Assembly: GCA_964036045.1 (NCBI GenBank)
Contig: OZ038378.1
Location: 195,734,001 to 195,798,000, forward strand
Source of the DNA: Eutreptiella sp. 'Long Island Sound 2002'
Taxonomy: Eukaryota > Protista > Euglenida
Direction: 5' to 3'
DNA: 64,000 bases
Shown here: piece by piece, positions 59,001-64,000 of the stretch
Numbering within the stretch: position 1 is the stretch's first letter
Layout of the letters: every line of letters starts with the position of its first letter
Program-made: the position numbers and the translations under genes
The notes under the pieces: generated by a model
What the model saw: only the letters and a program-made list of their open reading frames with translations
The model's database searches: none
Told to the model about the DNA's origin: nothing

Positions 59001-61884
59001 CGTAGTGGTTCATCAGTTGCTCCAATCAAGGAGGGAATACTTGAATGCTTTTGATGGAGGATGAGCAATTGGTGTGTTTTTTGACTCCTTTTGGAAGTTT
59101 GAATGCACAACTGCTCGTTAGCATTTGCATACTTTTTTTTCCACGCATGTTTTTCACATGACCAAAATCTGGTGCAAAGCAGGGGTTTTCTCGAAACGAC
59201 ATTGTCATCCATTTTTGTCGATTTGGTACCAAAATGGGCAGTTTAGGCTACCTAAGACTCAGGGTTCATGGCTACAGCATGACTGCAACATCCATCTACC
59301 GTTGCCGGACTGTGTGGGACGCCCGTCAGGGCACATAGTGCAGGTGCTCACTCACATTATGTCTCATAACAGAAAGGTGCCTATGGAACATGCACCACTA
59401 ACCAGTCTTCTTTCTGCTCTCCTGTGCTGACTTTCTGACGTTGCCCATCAGTCACTCAGTCCCTTTGCAGCAATTTCACAAGGGGGTGGGTGCGAGGTGC
59501 TTTGTGCTGATCGCCTCTTGTGCGCATGTGCAATAGCCCAGGCTTCCTCTGGGGGGTGGGGTGGGAGGCAAGAACACGATGAGTTAGACTCGCCTCACTG
59601 CCCCTGGTCAGATGGATTGGGCACACCCAAATCGGATCAGGATGCCAATATACTTGTTGAACCTGACCACACATTCAACGTGCGCACCTTAACACCTTGT
59701 GGCCGTTTATTTATGCCCTGTGTGCGTGCATACATATTACCTCTGCCCATGCTGCATATATCTACTTGTTGTTTGCCTGGCAGCAGGGCTCTTGCACATT
59801 AAACACATGGCTTGCTGCAACCATTTGAGAACCTGGCAGTTTTAGCAACAATTGCAATGAAACGTGGCCCTTTTGCGGGCAGCTGAACACGTTGTGGGCC
59901 ATACAGAAGCAGCAGTAATTCCATTTGTGGTCGCAAAAAAAGATTGTACTTCCGGATACAATTGGAAAAACAAAAAAAACTATTGTGCCTGTGAATACGG
60001 CAAAGCAAAAAGCGAAATTTTTCGTTCTGGTGAATACAGCAAGTCACATTTTCTAGTTGCAATGCAACCCAAAAAAGGAGCAATCCAAGTTTTTGGTCCC
60101 CGATTTACAATCCCCCCCCCCCCCCAAGGAGGCAAGCTACACCAGCCCTAGGAGCTGTATTTTCTTGGCATTGAAACTGGATGTAAATCACCTTAACCCA
60201 ATCCAATATGGCGTCTCCAATACGACTACCACGTGTTGTATCCCATACCACTACCACACTACCCATACCATCATGGGGTGAGACGCGTGTGGTAGTGGAA
60301 TGGGACCAGGTGCGTGGGAGCAGCGTGGCATGGAGCGTGTGGCAGTAGTGGCATGGGATCGGGTGTGTGGTTGTTGGGTGGGATAAGTTGTGTGGCAGTG
60401 GCATTGGGTAGGGCACGCGGTAGTGGCGATGGGGTGTGTGGTAGTGTGGTGTAGCCTGACAAGGTGTAGTTATGGCAACCCACAGAAAACCGCAGTATCC
60501 CTTCAATCGGGCATCTTTGCTGGCAAGGGTGCTTAATCTTGTGATGATATGGATTGGATGGAACCAAGGTGAGGAACCACAAATGGACGTGTGTGCACCT
60601 GCCCTGTTGAACACCGGGGCGTTGTACCTCTTGACCCTTTGATCGTGATCGCCTGGCCCAAAAGAAAGAAAAGCGGTGCAGATGGGTGGTGGGAGCCTGA
60701 GCAGGTAGCTGCATCCCGAGACAGATCCCGCTGCTGTTGTATTGCGCCAGGAAAGGAGAAAAAGAGGTTGAAGGAGTCCAGAGACGCGGTCAAGAAACGG
60801 TACAAGGACGCGGAAGCCAATAAGCTCGTTGAGAAGTTGCAGGTGCAACAGAAGGTATGTCGCCTGCAGTGATGGGGCCTCCGTGCCCTCACACCATCAA
60901 AGCTCAGGGCCTCCCTTTGGAGGCCTCGGAGTTAAGGCTCTAGGGATTGAGGAGGCAGTCATGATGCCCCCAAGTACGCACTGCACGGCAGATGTGAGTC
61001 CGCGATGTCTGTGGCACGAGGGCAGGACCGGTCTGGAAGTATCATTGTGCGCATGGCGGCCGAGCACAAGTTTGATCAGGGGCGCATGTTCATGTTCACT
61101 CCTTTTGTTGCTCGCCACCACCGGAATCCCAGCTCACGAGGTCTCTACGAGGCTAGTCCGCACTGCCTTGGGGCCCGCAGGGCCCTCCGGAGTGGAATGG
61201 GATGGGATGGGAGTGTGCAGCGCCTTCCACGAAGGTACCATGGCAGACTTGTCAGGTCGTCTCAAGGTCCTCGGTGATGGGCTTGGGGCTACAAGGCCAC
61301 CGCAGACTCTGGGCGGCTCATGCGCAGTGAAGCCCGACACATGCCCATGCCCATGCACACAGGCATACATAACCTTGTCAATCCCTGACCGGGGGCACCG
61401 AGGCCCTGCACAAAGCCGTCGGTGGAGTATCTGCGCTATGCTTTGTTCAAGCGACACCACCCGTAGGAGCGATACTTTCTTGGCATTGAAATTATTTTGA
61501 TTCTAGTTTCAGTGGGACCATCAGAGGCTCCTGTTTTTTTTTGGCAATCTTTTCGTTTTTTTTGTTGCGACTGGATGTAAACCGTCCATTTGTGGTTTGG
61601 TCCCAGTCCACTGTGCCCTACACTCGCCTTGCGCAGGGGAGGCAGAACGACCGGTGTGCAGTAGACGAATCGGCATAGGCCGCTACAAAGGGAAGAGGCG
61701 GTCCCGGTCCTGGAGCTGGTCTTCCCCCGTCCAGGTGTTCATTTGCCTCCAAACAAGGCAAAGTGGGGCCAGCCTTAAGCGACGACTTAGTAATGCCAAA
61801 AGGGAAAGCACCGGGACAAGCCTCCGGGGTCTCAGTCGAAGAGCGTTGTGCAACCCGCTTGGACCCCTCGCCTGCTGCCCCTGA
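56090..61884 (+). CDS. Putative small Lys-rich protein; exons 56090-56162, 60751-60854, 61735-61884
   Basis: MPKAKVKMSQKIGRVKKMLEKAAV-G-KEKKRLKESRDAVKKRYKDAEANKLVEKLQVQQK with strong GTATGT donors and compatible phases (1,0). The last exon is less certain. No family recognised. Confidence 0.4.
57430..59256. mobile_element. 1.8-kb non-autonomous DNA transposon with ~70-bp imperfect TIRs
   Basis: CTTAGGTGGCCTAAGCTGCCCCTTTTGGCACCAATCGGACAAAAATG... versus the reverse complement of 59185-59256; lower GC than flanks; no intact ORF. Confidence 0.75.
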
Positions 61885-62292
61885 GTACGGTGCCTCAGGG
61901 CTGTCCATACTCAACCGGCCCGGTGGTTAGCCACCGGATGTTGGCTGAGACCGGCGAAGTCTTTCTCGGCTGCGCACCAACTGTTGTCGGATGAATGCCA
62001 GCCGCTGTGATTCACCCGTTGACTGCCGTTTAGTGCTGCATTCCGGTAGCCCAGTGCAATTCAATGAGATTTGCTTCCTTTTGTGTGCGGAGCTGAGGGA
62101 CACCGCTGCAGTGTCTTTGTGCGTCTGGAGCGTGTGAATGCATCGTGGTCGCAGGCTCAGGGCCCTGAGTGCGCAGCTGTTGCCAGGTGACCAACGGCCC
62201 ATCATCCTGCATGGGGAGGCCTTGACACCTCCGCAGGCGGCCTGCCAGGGCTTACCCACTGTGGCCGACCACTCACAATCACTAGGCAGACC

Positions 62293-62322
62293 CAGGTCAG
62301 GTCAGGTCAGGTCAGGTCAGGT
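62293..62322. repeat. (CAGGT)6 pentamer tract
   Basis: Direct reading. Confidence 0.9.
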
Positions 62323-64000
62323 ATCGCCAGGCACCACCGTCCATAAGCCGGCTATCAAGCGTCCTACGGCAGGACGATTGGCCGAAACACACGCACTCAG
62401 GGGCCCAGAGAGGGCACCCTCCGGTAGAGAAGGTAACCTGCCCCAGACGGGGCTTGAGCTGGGGAACTTGGGATGGCAGTGGTGCCTCGGGAGGAGCGCC
62501 CCGGATTGGCTGGTCCTGGTGGGGGCCCACGCCGGCCCATCCGACTCGAATTAGGCACACCCGGTCTGCCCGTTGGTCGCCAGAATTCTTGTCTTGCCTG
62601 TCCTGCGTTGAGGGGAGAGCTGCAGCCCGATGGTGATGTACAAAGGAGGTGGACCCTGTGGCCCCTGTGGTCAAGATCTCACCCGGCGCTTGAGGGTGCG
62701 GCCTCCGTAGGTGACCCTGTCCCTTTGGTGAGGGGCCCCCATTCTCGAGGGGAGGCATGCCACAGACCCCTTTCTCTCGGGCTGTGTGGACCACATTGTT
62801 CGGGGCCATGAGTGCGTTGACGCATGATGGAGTTTGTGGGGCTTTCAGGGAACTGCAAAAACTTTGGCTGCGCCGAGCTGCCTCCGACCTTTGCCGTGCC
62901 TTTGAACATGCCTGCTACAGGGAACACCCCCCCTCCCCCCCCCCATCCCCATGCAAGACCCCTGCTCGCCCTGCCAAACAGCCACTGCGACCCTTCACCA
63001 GTCCCACTCCGCGCTGGATCTTTGCACGGGCACAGCGATGCTGTTGCATTGAATCAGCACCACGGACAACACAAATGCAGAACCATGACGTCACATTTGT
63101 TGCATGTGCTATCTTGGAAGAGCTACAGGCCCCAATCAAGGATGCTTTTGCTGATCGGCCACAGCTTCTGCTTCTGCTAAGTCTGTTGCCCAATGGTCTA
63201 GACACGTTCCCTGGCATAACACTGCATGTGGGTAGAAATATGGTCCTTGCCCCCGGCCTGTGGTCTGAAATTTTGGGGACCTGGTCCATTGCTTATGTCT
63301 GTGCGTCTACATGCATTTGTCATGCAGACACAGCTCCTCCACCGGTGAGTGCAGCAGCCCCCCCTCCTCCCACGGGGGTGGGGCATTTGGGTGTTCCCCA
63401 AATCTGGGTGGATTGGATCCTCGACCCCCCTCCTCCCACCCTCTGTTGCTAAGCACATCTCTGAACAGCGCTGAAGTCCTACCAGCAAGTAGACATTGCC
63501 ATTGTTGTAGATGGGGTCCGTGAGAGGTGGATGAAAAGGTTTTGGACCTGCAATCGGTTGCAATCTTCGCGCGGACGCCCTCCAGGGTTGCTTCACTCTG
63601 AAGGGGCAGGCTGCAGGGGGCGGAGAGACCGGTTCATCCTGCCTCCAGCCCAGGGGTTTCCACCCATTCCACATCAGACTTCTTATGAGAGAGAGGGGGG
63701 GGGGGCGGGCGGGGGCGGGAGAGAGAGAAAGCGAGAGATAGGGAGAGGGAGAGGGATCGAGATCAAATTGTTAAACAACAGTGTGCCGCGGTGCCTCTGA
63801 CTGAATCGTTCCCGAAGCTCTTGGTCAACAGTCTTGCCAAACAAGGGTCCCTCTTTCAAGAGGGTCCGTTCATATGGTTCGTCTGCGGGCAGCACATGTC
63901 TGAACTGACTTCAACACGGTGCTTGTTGTTGTAACGGGCGTATTTGCCGGCCTCTTCTCATACCCTTGTGGATGTACCCCCCGCCCCCACCCCAGCACCC

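Overview
Eukaryotic, intron-rich and MITE-dense genomic window. A euglenid origin is my inference from repeat style and gene architecture; it is not verified. (1) A complete PRP8 gene (U5 snRNP core protein) lies on the minus strand at 24356->4402. I resolved it by hand into 13 exons and 12 GT-AG introns: 7215 nt CDS, 2404 aa, a Pro/Gly/Met-rich N-terminal extension, a 33-nt microexon and no intein. (2) Diverging from it on the plus strand is a multi-exon gene with an N-terminal C2-like domain (27.8-30.5 kb). A phase-consistent chain of acidic and coiled-coil exons follows at 33.1-48.7 kb and may belong to the same gene. (3) A probable small Lys-rich gene lies at 56.1-61.9 kb. Introns and intergenic DNA carry many non-autonomous DNA transposons: an hAT-like MITE radiation with CAGG/GAGG termini and 8-bp TSDs, a Tc1/mariner-type element, a 3-bp-TSD element and long-TIR elements, plus micro- and minisatellites. 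The most notable signal is PRP8 intron 5, which reads as 8-bp TSD + short-TIR element + TSD. Its GT donor comes from the TSD and its AG acceptor from the TIR, as in Introner-type intron gain. Intron 4 also has an 11-nt junction repeat.
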